The position numbers and the translations under genes were made by a program. A stretch of 32,559 bases of DNA, taken from positions 1-32,559 of the forward strand of contig JAQCJA010000003.1 of the NCBI GenBank assembly GCA_027593305.1, given 5' to 3'. Of this stretch, positions 1-8,617 are shown piece by piece (position 1 is the first letter of the stretch; every line of letters starts with the position of its first letter). Source of the DNA: a bacterium (GTDB lineage Bacteria > Latescibacterota > UBA2968 > UBA8231). The notes beneath the pieces were generated by a model, which was not told the origin of the DNA, did not search any database, and saw only the letters and a program-made list of their open reading frames with translations.

Positions 1-2
1 CC

Positions 3-839
3 GGCAAGTTCAGGCTCTATCCGCTGCCCAGCTACCAGTTCCTCAGCCACCATCAGTTCCATCTCTACGGGGCTGATATCGTTTCCGCTTTCAACAACTA
101 CACCCTGCGGCGTTATGACCGCCTGTTGCAGGAATTACGGCCCATCGAGCAGCTGTACCAGGCGAAATTCGGGCAGGCACAGCAGATCCCATACAGTGAC
201 GATCAGCTGCTTGAAGCGATTCAACCTTTGTTGAATCTCGTCAACGCCCGCTACATCGTGACCCCCCGCCCGCTCGGCCTCGACGCGCAGAATTTCCCCG
301 AAGTATTTGCCGCAGAGGGGGTTCGACTTTACGCCAACAGACGGGCCCTGCCCTGGTTCCAACTGCTGCCCAGCTCTGAGGTGATAGAAGACGAAGCCGA
401 AATCCTGCGCATCCTGCGCGATGGCGAGGTAGATCTGGCGTCGACTGTGATCCTCGAAGCGCCGCTGGCGCTGGCGCTACCCGGCGCCGATGCGGACCGC
501 TCCCGAGACTCGATCCAGCTGGAGGAGTACGACTATCACGAAGGTGTGATCCGCGTTCGGGTCTCTGCCGCAGGACCCCGGATGCTCGTGGTCAGCGACA
601 ACTACCATCCCAACTGGCAGGCAACAGTCGATGCGACCCCCGTCGATATCGTACGAGCCAACTACGTCTGGCACGCGGTGGCCATTCCGCCCGGTAACCA
701 CGAGGTCCTGTTTGCCTATCACTCCACTCCGGTTGCGGCGGCGCGCGCTGCCGCCATCGGGTCCCTGCTGATCCTGCTCACATGGGGTGGCAGCACGCTT
801 CGACGTCGGCGGACGTCCGAGCAACCATCACCGCCCTGA
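3..839 (+). CDS. YfhO-family membrane protein (GT-C-like), C-terminal part; 5' truncated by window edge
   Basis: Frame is open from position 3. It has the typical YfhO C-terminal pattern LVVSDNYHPNWQATVD..RANY..AVAIPPGNHEV, then a TM helix and a basic tail. Confidence 0.8.
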   Translation, partial: GKFRLYPLPSYQFLSHHQFHLYGADIVSAFNNYTLRRYDRLLQELRPIEQLYQAKFGQAQQIPYSDDQLLEAIQPLLNLVNARYIVTPRPLGLDAQNFPEVFAAEGVRLYANRRALPWFQLLPSSEVIEDEAEILRILRDGEVDLASTVILEAPLALALPGADADRSRDSIQLEEYDYHEGVIRVRVSAAGPRMLVVSDNYHPNWQATVDATPVDIVRANYVWHAVAIPPGNHEVLFAYHSTPVAAARAAAIGSLLILLTWGGSTLRRRRTSEQPSPP

Positions 840-1736
840 GCGTTGTCTCACGGTTCGCGCGACCATGCTCGCGGCCCGAAGGGGATGTCGCAGTCCTCGT
901 CGTACCGTATGCCAGAGGATCCGGGTCTTTGCTGCGAGCCTCTCGTTGTCCTGGCGAAAAGACCTGAGCTGATCCTCCATATTTCGGCCGCTTTCCTGCT
1001 CGAGGTCGGCCAGTCGGGCCCGAAACAGCACTCCGACCTCCTCGCACAGAATTCGGTCGAGCCGGTTCCAGGACTCCAGCGCCTGCAGGTCGCGCGAAGG
1101 AAGCTGCGGTTTCGTGCCGCGGCGCACGTTCACGCGGCGATAGTACGGCGTGTTCCAACCCAATCGATGTCCCCAATCGAGCAATGCCTCGTCAAATGAC
1201 TCCATGGGCGCGACCAGGACACGGGATCGAGCCGCCTCCAGAGCCAGTTCCAGGTCGGTTTCGTCCATGGCTCGTGTCAGCGGCATGCCATCAAATTCCC
1301 GGGCACCACTCAGATAACGGACCTGGTTGTTGTCGAACAGGGCCAGCGGGCTTCGCTCGCACCAATCGGCAAGTGGCAGCTCAATTTCGGCGGGGATTTC
1401 AGGCAGCCAGGCCAGAGGCTCAGCCTTGAGATGGGCCATATGAGAGATCACGCGGCGCACAGGATCGCGAACCATGGCCATCGCCTGACCCTGCGGCCAG
1501 GAGCCGTCGAAGGAGCGGTGGGCACCAAGCGCCTGCGGTGGCATCCGGCCGGCATTCGCCGCCGCAAGCGGCGTCTGGTGCTTCCCATGGAACCACTGGG
1601 GGATCAGATAGAGAAACGTAGAGTACTGCCGATCAAGCACCCAGCGGAGGGTGGAACCACCGGTCTTGGGGATATGGATGAACAAAACGGTCTGAGGTAC
1701 AGCGTCTTCCTGCGTCACCAAATGGCCTCTTTTCAT
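828..1736 (-). CDS. Sulfotransferase family 2 protein
   Basis: PAPS-binding motifs FIHIPKTGGSTL and VRDPVRRVIS. The ATG at 1736 (MKRGHL) is preferred over the ORF-track start at 1892. It overlaps the YfhO 3' end convergently by 12 nt. Confidence 0.8.
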   Translation of the reverse strand: MKRGHLVTQEDAVPQTVLFIHIPKTGGSTLRWVLDRQYSTFLYLIPQWFHGKHQTPLAAANAGRMPPQALGAHRSFDGSWPQGQAMAMVRDPVRRVISHMAHLKAEPLAWLPEIPAEIELPLADWCERSPLALFDNNQVRYLSGAREFDGMPLTRAMDETDLELALEAARSRVLVAPMESFDEALLDWGHRLGWNTPYYRRVNVRRGTKPQLPSRDLQALESWNRLDRILCEEVGVLFRARLADLEQESGRNMEDQLRSFRQDNERLAAKTRILWHTVRRGLRHPLRAASMVARTVRQRSGR

Positions 1737-1945
1737 CGGTTCTTCACGGTGTGAACTCAACCACCCTCGTCCCCCGGGACGCCGGCGTCCAGGGCATGAG
1801 CCATACATTGAGGCAGCCTCCCAGGCCGTCGAATAAGACCACACGACGGGACGAATCCGCGAGTATGGTATCGATCTCAGCGCGACTGGCACGGATCTAG
1901 CTTGAGTCTCGGCCCAAAAAAATCTATCTTACCATCCAACCACAT

Positions 1946-1988
1946 GGTGACAGATGTCACATCGTCGTGGTTCAGGGCGCAGTATTTT
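1946..1988 (+). promoter_or_regulatory. CRP/FNR-family-like operator with class II promoter geometry
   Basis: GGTGA-CAGATG-TCACA (1946-1961) is a 9/10 match to TGTGA-N6-TCACA and contains the palindrome GTGACA-GA-TGTCAC. TATTTT at 1983-1988 as -10 puts the site centre at -41.5. Confidence 0.5.
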
Positions 1989-2079
1989 GTTGTGTGAAGC
2001 TCCAGACGGCGGGGTGCCAAACGAACGTATCTCCTGATTTCACCCTAGCTTGGCTCCTGAAAACGAACCCAAAAAGTGC

Positions 2080-2108
2080 TTGACACTCCAAAACCGCCGC
2101 AATATTAT
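2080..2108 (+). promoter_or_regulatory. Near-consensus sigma70 promoter for the 1504-aa/513-aa operon
   Basis: TTGACA (2080-2085), 17-bp spacer, TATTAT (2103-2108), with A-tracts just upstream. Predicted TSS is near 2113-2115. Confidence 0.8.
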
Positions 2109-2112
2109 AAGG

Positions 2113-2411
2113 CTCCCCTCACGCCTTCGTGGCATGGGGAGGTCTGCGTACTCCCAAATGGTGAGTGCGCTGGCTGTTATGGAACAGCAAGACAGGCCAA
2201 AAGGAATTCACAGGGTGAACCGCCGAAAGGAGGGGAAGGCGTCGAAGTCGCAAGCAATCCAAAAGAGCGGGTGTCGGTCGCTCGAGGACACTTGCCGTTG
2301 AAACCGATTCTCTCAAAAAAGCGATTCACAGTAATCTTCCTGATGGACAAGAACAACGTCCGCAGACTGCAGTTTCAAACAGGGAGCAGGGCTCCTTGAG
2401 GAGGAAAGAAG
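2113..2411 (+). ncRNA. Long structured 5' leader (candidate cis-regulatory RNA; partial c-di-GMP-I/GEMM resemblance)
   Basis: Consecutive hairpins: 2113-2141, 2146-2170, 2173-2188, 2207-2219, a GAAA-capped stem at ~2220-2233, and 2267-2295. RBS GAGGAGG at 2398-2404. Confidence 0.45.
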
Positions 2412-5400
2412 ATGCAGTATAGGAAATGCGTAGCCCTTTTTGCCGCCATGTTGGTTGGCTTCGGGGTCGTAGCTGTAGACGCCGCTACCGTCCACAGCAT
2501 CACGATCGTGTCGCCATCTGACAGCGGTGCACTCCGAGGTATTGACTCGACCTTCACAGTCCAGGCCAAAGTCCTCGATTTCACCCCGAACGATTCACTC
2601 GAGGTGATTTTTTATCTGCTGACGGCCAATGATTCGACGGTCGTGTCTGATGTCCAGAATCTCCACAGCGGCACCGGTCGAGCACTTGCCTCAATCATTG
2701 GTAAGGCTATCAAGACCACGGCTGGTGTGGCCCAGAAGGTGAGAACATCAACTGGGCAGGTTCTGAACTCGAGTTCCAGTCTTGCCGACGTAATCGTGGG
2801 CAAAGCGAAGGTCGGAACGGTTGACGAGGGTGCCCTCATCGCCGTCCGCGCCACGCGCGGCCGGGTCCTCAAAACGTCCACGTGGTTCCAGGGTGATGCG
2901 GACTCAGTTCGCGCCGTGGCCAGTTCCAACAACGATACCACGACATTTACGTGGTATGGCAAGGTTCATCACTCCAGTGGAACGGTCAACGGCATCCGAG
3001 CTGCTGCCATTTCGATCGACGGAACGGCCACGAACGTGTTGGCGGACACGACAACGCCGAAACTGTCCGCGACAAGTCTCAAGATCAATATCGACGCGGA
3101 TCGTCCGGTCGATGCGGACGCAATGGTGACTGCGACATCGGCAACGGCTCGCGGCAATCGCACCGGCTCACCGGATCTCACCATCGGCGGGCTCGCTAAC
3201 TCCGCCACAAGCGACAAGGTTCTGGGCATCAATGACACCCTGAAGTTGGATGTCAAGCTCGGATCGCAGACGGACGGAGTGTTGATCGGCGACAGTCTCA
3301 CGGTCATCGCCGATGCCTTCGGCAAGTCCTTCGTCGTGAGCAAGTCCGCACGTGCCTCCGACACCCTGCGGTGGCGTCAGGTTATCGCAGAGGGCGACTT
3401 CGCCGACTTTGTCGGTGCGGAGAATGCAAACCACTCCGACACGCTCGCTATCTACCTGGTTGACCTTGCAGGAAACCGCAGTGCTTCGACTGATAGTGCC
3501 ATCAGGGGCGTGACACTCGGCGTGACCTTCTTTGTTGACGCCAAGAAGCCAGTCCTCGACGGCCAGGTGGTCAACGGAGACACAATTCTTCCTGTCAGCA
3601 ATGACACCATTTCCGACGGCAGCCTGAATACGGGTGTCTCCCACGATCTCAATCCCGTAACCTACAATCTGCCTGAAGCCCTCGACACGCTGTTTGTCAC
3701 AGTCGGCAACACGGTGTTGAAGATCAGCAACAATGATCAGACCAAGACCAACACCGCCCTACTCAAGAGCGCGACGAAGCGTGTCAACTTCACGGCCGTC
3801 GGCAATCAGAGCGACACTCCAAGCGGCGGCGACTCTATCTTCGTCTCGAACAGCGATGGAACGTCCCCGGTCAAGTTTGGCGGCCAGGGCGGCCAGGACG
3901 TCGTAACTGGCGATAGCACAATCACCACGGGCGTGCACACCATCAAGTTCAAGGCACAGGATCTGGCCGGTAACGTTGGTCCTGAATTGACACGCACAAA
4001 TGTGTATGTCGATGTCGATGACATAAACCTTGCTCGTCTGTTCCCGACTGCAGCATCGGGGCTGGACACCTTGGAAGAAACAACAGCCAAGATCGTCTTC
4101 CGTCTGAGTGAGCACGCTGACAGCGTCCTGATCTCCTACAAGGGCATTGCCGGCAACGACAACGGTGCATCGCGTTTACGCCCGCTGGTCGGTTCCGAGC
4201 TCACCAATATCACAAGCGAGCAGACGTTCACGGTCGATTCGCTCAAGAGCAACAGCCTGTACACGCTGCAACTCATCGCGGCTGACCTGAGCGGGAACTA
4301 CACGAAGACGAGTCTCGACACCTTCGTCTACGACACAACATTCGTCGTTCCCGTCATCGCGACCTTCAAGATCACAGCCAGCTCTTCGGGTTTTGGTAGC
4401 CCGGTCCTGGCTGGAGCCAGTGTGACACTGACGCTGAAGGCTCGTACGGCTGCCGATGCGGCTGCCGTGACCTACAAAGAAGCCGCAGTACTGAAGGTCA
4501 TCGGTGGTTCGGGTGTCACGATTAAGGGAACAGGCGTCGATACTGTTGGTCTTGTAAGCGGTCGCGCAAATCTGAGTGCTGATGACTGGATCGTCGGTGA
4601 GCGTACTGTCACGCTGACTGACACGTCCTCCATCGACACTCTCGCCGTGAGCGTCCTGGACTGCACGGATATCACCAATCTCTACACCGGCAAGCTCGAT
4701 TCATCGATCGTGGTCAATCCCGCAGCCTATCAGCAGATCGCGCTGAGTGCTGCTGACACGGTTGGACAGGGCGACAATTTCTGGGTGGGCGTGACGCTGG
4801 CTGACAAGTATGGCAACACGCGCGACAAGGACAATCGCTTTGTTGAGGTCACCACCACTGCTCTCGGCGTGCAGCACCCCATCGGTGCCATCGCTGTCAC
4901 TAAGGGCACTGGCGGCTTCTGGGCCAACAGCCAGGGTTACGCAGGTAACCTCACTCTGACGGTCCGTGACATTGTTGACACGCTCAAGAGCACAGGTCCA
5001 GACGCACTGGGCAACCAGTTCACCTACGGCACACTCAGTCTGTATGTCGACGGTGATGGGGCCACGGTCCTCGCAGAGCCCGACACGCTGATCGCCCAGG
5101 ATTACATGGGCGCCAGTGGTGCAGGGGATCAGGGCGGTTTCGTCCTGCTGACCTTCCCGGCCTCTGCTGACCACAGCACGCTTACCGGTTACCGTATTTA
5201 CCGCGATATCAGCGTCGATTACGACGCCGACAGCACGGGCGCTCTTGTGGCCCTGGCTGCGCCCACCACCGCAATGGTGCCGTGGGGTCGCATCGACGCC
5301 GTTCCTGGCGAAAATGTGATGCGCGTCGTTGTCGCAACCCTCGATGGTGATGCTACCACATATGGTGTTGCAGCCGAGCGCGGCAACCTGACCACGAAGG

Positions 5401-6926
5401 AGGCCTTCGACGCCGCCGACGCCGTCAGTACGCCGTACGAGCTCATGGCTCAGACTATGTTGAAGAGCATGGAAGTCGCCCAGGCTGTCCCCGGTGCGCC
5501 AGTATTCGCCACGCTCACACCGGAGGCTCTCGCCTTCAGTGCGGAGGGTGTCGTACCGCGCCTGAAGACAGTAGAGGGTGTGCTTCTCTCCCAGGTCCGT
5601 CAGAGTGAATCCGTCAAGGCGATCGATAACATCCCGCCCGCCGCGGTTCCATTCATGCAGGCTCGGGATACCCAGGGTGACGCAGGCGGCAGTATCACTG
5701 TGCAGTGGGCCAAGTCGGTCGACGACAAGATGCTGACCACAACCGTTCCCAACGCAGTCGGTGGAGTCAATACATTCACCACCGTCGGCGTCCAGGGTTA
5801 CAATGTCTACCGTAAGCTCGGTGACGCCGCATGGCAGCTGGTTGGCCAGGCAGGCGCTGGCGAGACGTCCTTTGAGGATGCAACGGTGTTCAACGGTGTG
5901 CGCTACAGCTACAAGGTTGAAGCGCGCGACGCAGACAACGTTACCACCTCCGAGATCCAGAAGTCGGCAATGGCCATTCGCAACAATGTCGTTGATGCCA
6001 ACGGCAGCCGGATTGCCGGTCTCTTCGGCGCAGATGTCCGCGTCGACTATGACGACTTCTTCATCTTCGCGGACAACTTCGGCCTCACGGCTGGATCGGA
6101 GTCCTTTGACTCGGCCTTCGATCTGAGCCCGAACAATGCGGTCGATTTTGACGACTTCTTCGTCTTCGCCGATAACTTCGGCCGCGAGATGGTTGGGGTT
6201 GGCAAGGTTGTTCCGACGATGACGGGTCTGAACAGTGACGCACGCTACTACCTCGAAGCCGGCACTGAGTTGCCGCGCATCGGTGAAGAGTTGAGTGTCG
6301 CAGTCAGTCTCGAGGACTTCATCGAGGTTCGCGGTTATGGCCTCACTGTCGAGTTCGACAACGAGCTTCTCGAGTTTGTCGAGACGCGTGTCGTCGACAA
6401 CCTCCTGGGCGAGAAGGATCTGGCTGCACCGCAGGTCTTCGCACAGGCTGACGGCAAGGTTTCTATCGCCGCGTTCGGTAACACCGCAAGTGAAGGTGGT
6501 CTCGGCCTGAATCTGATCTTCCGCACCAGGCAGGAGATTCAGGACAGTTATATCGAGCTCACCAATGGCACCCTGCAGGACGGCACCTACGGCCTGAACC
6601 AGATCACGACTCCGGTCTCGGTACGGATTGAGACTCGTCCAGAGGTATACGCTCTGGCCGACAACTATCCGAACCCGTTCAACCCGGAGACGACGATCAA
6701 GTATCAGCTCCCGGAGGCAGGCCAGGTTCGCCTGGAGGTTTACAACATGCTCGGTCAGGCCGTGAAGACGCTGGTTGATAACCAGTTCCAGAACGCTGGC
6801 CGGTATACACTCCAGTGGGACGCCACCAACAACAGCGGGCAGCCCTTGTCCTCTGGTGTCTACTTCTACCGCATCGTTGCGGGCGGAGAGTATCAGAGTC
6901 ACAAGAAGATGCTTCTGCTGAAGTAG
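2412..6926 (+). CDS. Large secreted surface protein (S-layer/scaffoldin-like): signal peptide, Ig-like repeats, two FN3-like units, dockerin/EF-hand-like pair, cohesin-like domain, FlgD-Ig/T9SS-like C-terminal domain
   Basis: Signal MQYRKCVALFAAMLVGFGVVAVDA; rich in Thr/Val/Asp/Gly/Ala; repeated DLAGN/DLSGN/DKYGN; GDxGG..GYxxYR twice; VDYDDFFIFADNFG and VDFDDFFVFADNFG; tail DNYPNPFNPETTI..YNMLGQ..WD..SSGVYFYRI..KKMLLLK. Confidence 0.85.
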   Translation: MQYRKCVALFAAMLVGFGVVAVDAATVHSITIVSPSDSGALRGIDSTFTVQAKVLDFTPNDSLEVIFYLLTANDSTVVSDVQNLHSGTGRALASIIGKAIKTTAGVAQKVRTSTGQVLNSSSSLADVIVGKAKVGTVDEGALIAVRATRGRVLKTSTWFQGDADSVRAVASSNNDTTTFTWYGKVHHSSGTVNGIRAAAISIDGTATNVLADTTTPKLSATSLKINIDADRPVDADAMVTATSATARGNRTGSPDLTIGGLANSATSDKVLGINDTLKLDVKLGSQTDGVLIGDSLTVIADAFGKSFVVSKSARASDTLRWRQVIAEGDFADFVGAENANHSDTLAIYLVDLAGNRSASTDSAIRGVTLGVTFFVDAKKPVLDGQVVNGDTILPVSNDTISDGSLNTGVSHDLNPVTYNLPEALDTLFVTVGNTVLKISNNDQTKTNTALLKSATKRVNFTAVGNQSDTPSGGDSIFVSNSDGTSPVKFGGQGGQDVVTGDSTITTGVHTIKFKAQDLAGNVGPELTRTNVYVDVDDINLARLFPTAASGLDTLEETTAKIVFRLSEHADSVLISYKGIAGNDNGASRLRPLVGSELTNITSEQTFTVDSLKSNSLYTLQLIAADLSGNYTKTSLDTFVYDTTFVVPVIATFKITASSSGFGSPVLAGASVTLTLKARTAADAAAVTYKEAAVLKVIGGSGVTIKGTGVDTVGLVSGRANLSADDWIVGERTVTLTDTSSIDTLAVSVLDCTDITNLYTGKLDSSIVVNPAAYQQIALSAADTVGQGDNFWVGVTLADKYGNTRDKDNRFVEVTTTALGVQHPIGAIAVTKGTGGFWANSQGYAGNLTLTVRDIVDTLKSTGPDALGNQFTYGTLSLYVDGDGATVLAEPDTLIAQDYMGASGAGDQGGFVLLTFPASADHSTLTGYRIYRDISVDYDADSTGALVALAAPTTAMVPWGRIDAVPGENVMRVVVATLDGDATTYGVAAERGNLTTKEAFDAADAVSTPYELMAQTMLKSMEVAQAVPGAPVFATLTPEALAFSAEGVVPRLKTVEGVLLSQVRQSESVKAIDNIPPAAVPFMQARDTQGDAGGSITVQWAKSVDDKMLTTTVPNAVGGVNTFTTVGVQGYNVYRKLGDAAWQLVGQAGAGETSFEDATVFNGVRYSYKVEARDADNVTTSEIQKSAMAIRNNVVDANGSRIAGLFGADVRVDYDDFFIFADNFGLTAGSESFDSAFDLSPNNAVDFDDFFVFADNFGREMVGVGKVVPTMTGLNSDARYYLEAGTELPRIGEELSVAVSLEDFIEVRGYGLTVEFDNELLEFVETRVVDNLLGEKDLAAPQVFAQADGKVSIAAFGNTASEGGLGLNLIFRTRQEIQDSYIELTNGTLQDGTYGLNQITTPVSVRIETRPEVYALADNYPNPFNPETTIKYQLPEAGQVRLEVYNMLGQAVKTLVDNQFQNAGRYTLQWDATNNSGQPLSSGVYFYRIVAGGEYQSHKKMLLLK
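6018..6182 (+). repeat. Intragenic duplicated EF-hand/dockerin-like motif
   Basis: Two copies of VD[YF]DDFF[IV]FADNFG, visible at both DNA and protein level. Confidence 0.75.
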
Positions 6927-7036
6927 GCGGTAGCTTCGCGATGTAAGTGAAATGGGACCCCGCCTAGTGCGGTGGGCCAGGTGGTTATCCTGCAGTGCGA
7001 CCATTTAAGTGCTGAACAATAGAGGGGATTTACGGA

Positions 7037-8578
7037 ATGCAGACAATGCGCAGGGCCACTCCGATCGCCCTCGCCCTCTTCCTCGCACTGGTAAGCGGAG
7101 CTTTCGCTGGCGCAAATCAAGGCGTTACATTCTCGCTTACTAGTTCGGAGACGATTTCAGGGGTGGGGCCGGGTGCATCGGTCACTCTCGACATAGCCGG
7201 AAGCGGCTTCGTCGGTATCAAGAATCTGGATGTCTACGTCACGGTGTCCGACCCCGAGGCTTTTGATCTCGGGGCCGTCAGCGTGGTACCTTTCACTGGT
7301 TGGTTTCCATTGGCCGGACAACTCGTCTCTGGCACCACGGACCAAGTTCGTGTTGGCGCGGCGCTCCTGGGCGCCGGCGGTGTCACTGGCGATGGATCGT
7401 TCACCGTGACATTGACCACCTCAGCGACTTTCACGACTGAGACTGAGGCGACCGTTACGGTAACTCTGATCTCAGTGGGGCCGTCATCCAGCGACCGCGA
7501 CGAGTTCCACGGGGGGGGGGCCCCTTGGTTGGCAGTACAGCTGAACCCGCCGGTGTCGGACCCAACGTTGACCGCCTCCTCGGCAACCGACATCAGCACC
7601 GATTTCTCAAGTGTCGGTGACGGAAATGTCGCAGACGGCAGCGATGGTGAAGTCACACTCTCTGCTGTATTCGCAAACGAAACAGGTGCCGCGACGGCTG
7701 GCCAGGCAATAACATGGACCATCGTCAACAACGGATCTGAGTCGATCTTCGTGCTCGGTAGCACGGTATCCGAGATTGCGTCGGGCGCAACAAGGGTTGT
7801 CAGTGCCACCAGTGGTTCCGGTGGTGCCAGTGCGCTCGTTCTGGATGCTGAAGGTGATAAGTTCGCCGGCAGTACCAGCGCCTCGGTAACGGCAAGTACG
7901 TCCGCCGCGAACTCAGAGGGCGCAACACTGGCTCTCAGTGTTGCCTACTCTGTGACGTGGGACGTCCCGGTACCGGCTGAGTTAGCCAGTTTTGCCGCCG
8001 ATGTCACGGGCGACTCGGATGTTCAGTTGCAGTGGGCCGTCTCTTCGCAGACGAACAATCTGGGTTGGGAAGTCTATCGCAGCGCAGACAACGACGTGTT
8101 CGAGCGTGTCAGTGGCCTGATCTCTGGCGACGGTACCAGTGACACGTTCCGGACGTTTGACTTCCTCGATTCCGAGTTGCCAGCGACGGATGTCCTGTTC
8201 TACTACCTGCGTCAGATCGACCTCAACGGAACTGTTACACGCTCAAACGTCATCGAGGTCAAGTTGGCCCCGACCGCCGTGCTTGAGCAGGCGCTTCCGT
8301 TGGCGACCGCACTGGCACAGAATTTCCCGAACCCATTCAACCCCGAAACGACGATTCACTTCGACCTGGCCACGGAAAGCGGAATCAGTCTCCGCATCTT
8401 TGACATGACAGGGCAAGTGGTTCGGACTCTCGTGCGGGGCAGCCTCCCAGCTGGCAGCTACACAGAGCTCTGGGATGGTCGGAATGAGTTGGGCATCAGG
8501 GTGGGTAGCGGTGTCTACTTCTACGAGCTGCAGGCTGGTTCCTTCAGTTCCAAAAAGAAGATGACGCTTCTCCAGTAG
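7037..8578 (+). CDS. Secreted protein: signal peptide, cohesin/Ig-like domains, PxELxSF FN3-like domain, FlgD-Ig/T9SS-like tail
   Basis: RBS AGAGGGG; signal MRRATPIALALFLALVSGAFA; PVPAELASF..LQW..NNLGWEVYRS..YYLRQIDLNG; QNFPNPFNPETTI..WDGRNE..SGVYFY..KKMTLLQ. Confidence 0.85.
   Translation: MQTMRRATPIALALFLALVSGAFAGANQGVTFSLTSSETISGVGPGASVTLDIAGSGFVGIKNLDVYVTVSDPEAFDLGAVSVVPFTGWFPLAGQLVSGTTDQVRVGAALLGAGGVTGDGSFTVTLTTSATFTTETEATVTVTLISVGPSSSDRDEFHGGGAPWLAVQLNPPVSDPTLTASSATDISTDFSSVGDGNVADGSDGEVTLSAVFANETGAATAGQAITWTIVNNGSESIFVLGSTVSEIASGATRVVSATSGSGGASALVLDAEGDKFAGSTSASVTASTSAANSEGATLALSVAYSVTWDVPVPAELASFAADVTGDSDVQLQWAVSSQTNNLGWEVYRSADNDVFERVSGLISGDGTSDTFRTFDFLDSELPATDVLFYYLRQIDLNGTVTRSNVIEVKLAPTAVLEQALPLATALAQNFPNPFNPETTIHFDLATESGISLRIFDMTGQVVRTLVRGSLPAGSYTELWDGRNELGIRVGSGVYFYELQAGSFSSKKKMTLLQ
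7511..7520 (+). repeat. G10 homopolymer inside CDS
   Basis: Ten consecutive G followed by CCCC; the longest homopolymer I noticed in the window. Confidence 0.9.
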
Positions 8579-8617
8579 TTCGAATTGTCAAACTCCGGTC
8601 ATCGGAGTTGCTCGGAA

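Noticed and set aside
1737-1892. N-terminal extensions from the ORF track (sulfotransferase; also moaDE 8652, tsaD 11008, LTD 14206, mcsB 24052)
   Set aside because: They overlap neighbouring genes or terminators, or precede the family N-terminus; downstream starts fit better.
2050-2399. Short ORFs in the leader (83 aa, 107 aa, and an 18-aa ORF ending at 2399)
   Set aside because: The longer two begin at or upstream of the promoter, and none has a well-spaced RBS or protein-like composition. RNA structure explains the region better.
4701-7004. 767-aa antisense ORF
   Set aside because: It mirrors the 1504-aa gene codon for codon, as expected from strong codon bias, and has no recognisable motifs. 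The same applies to the antisense ORFs over lolE, clpC, bamA, ftsK and tsaD.
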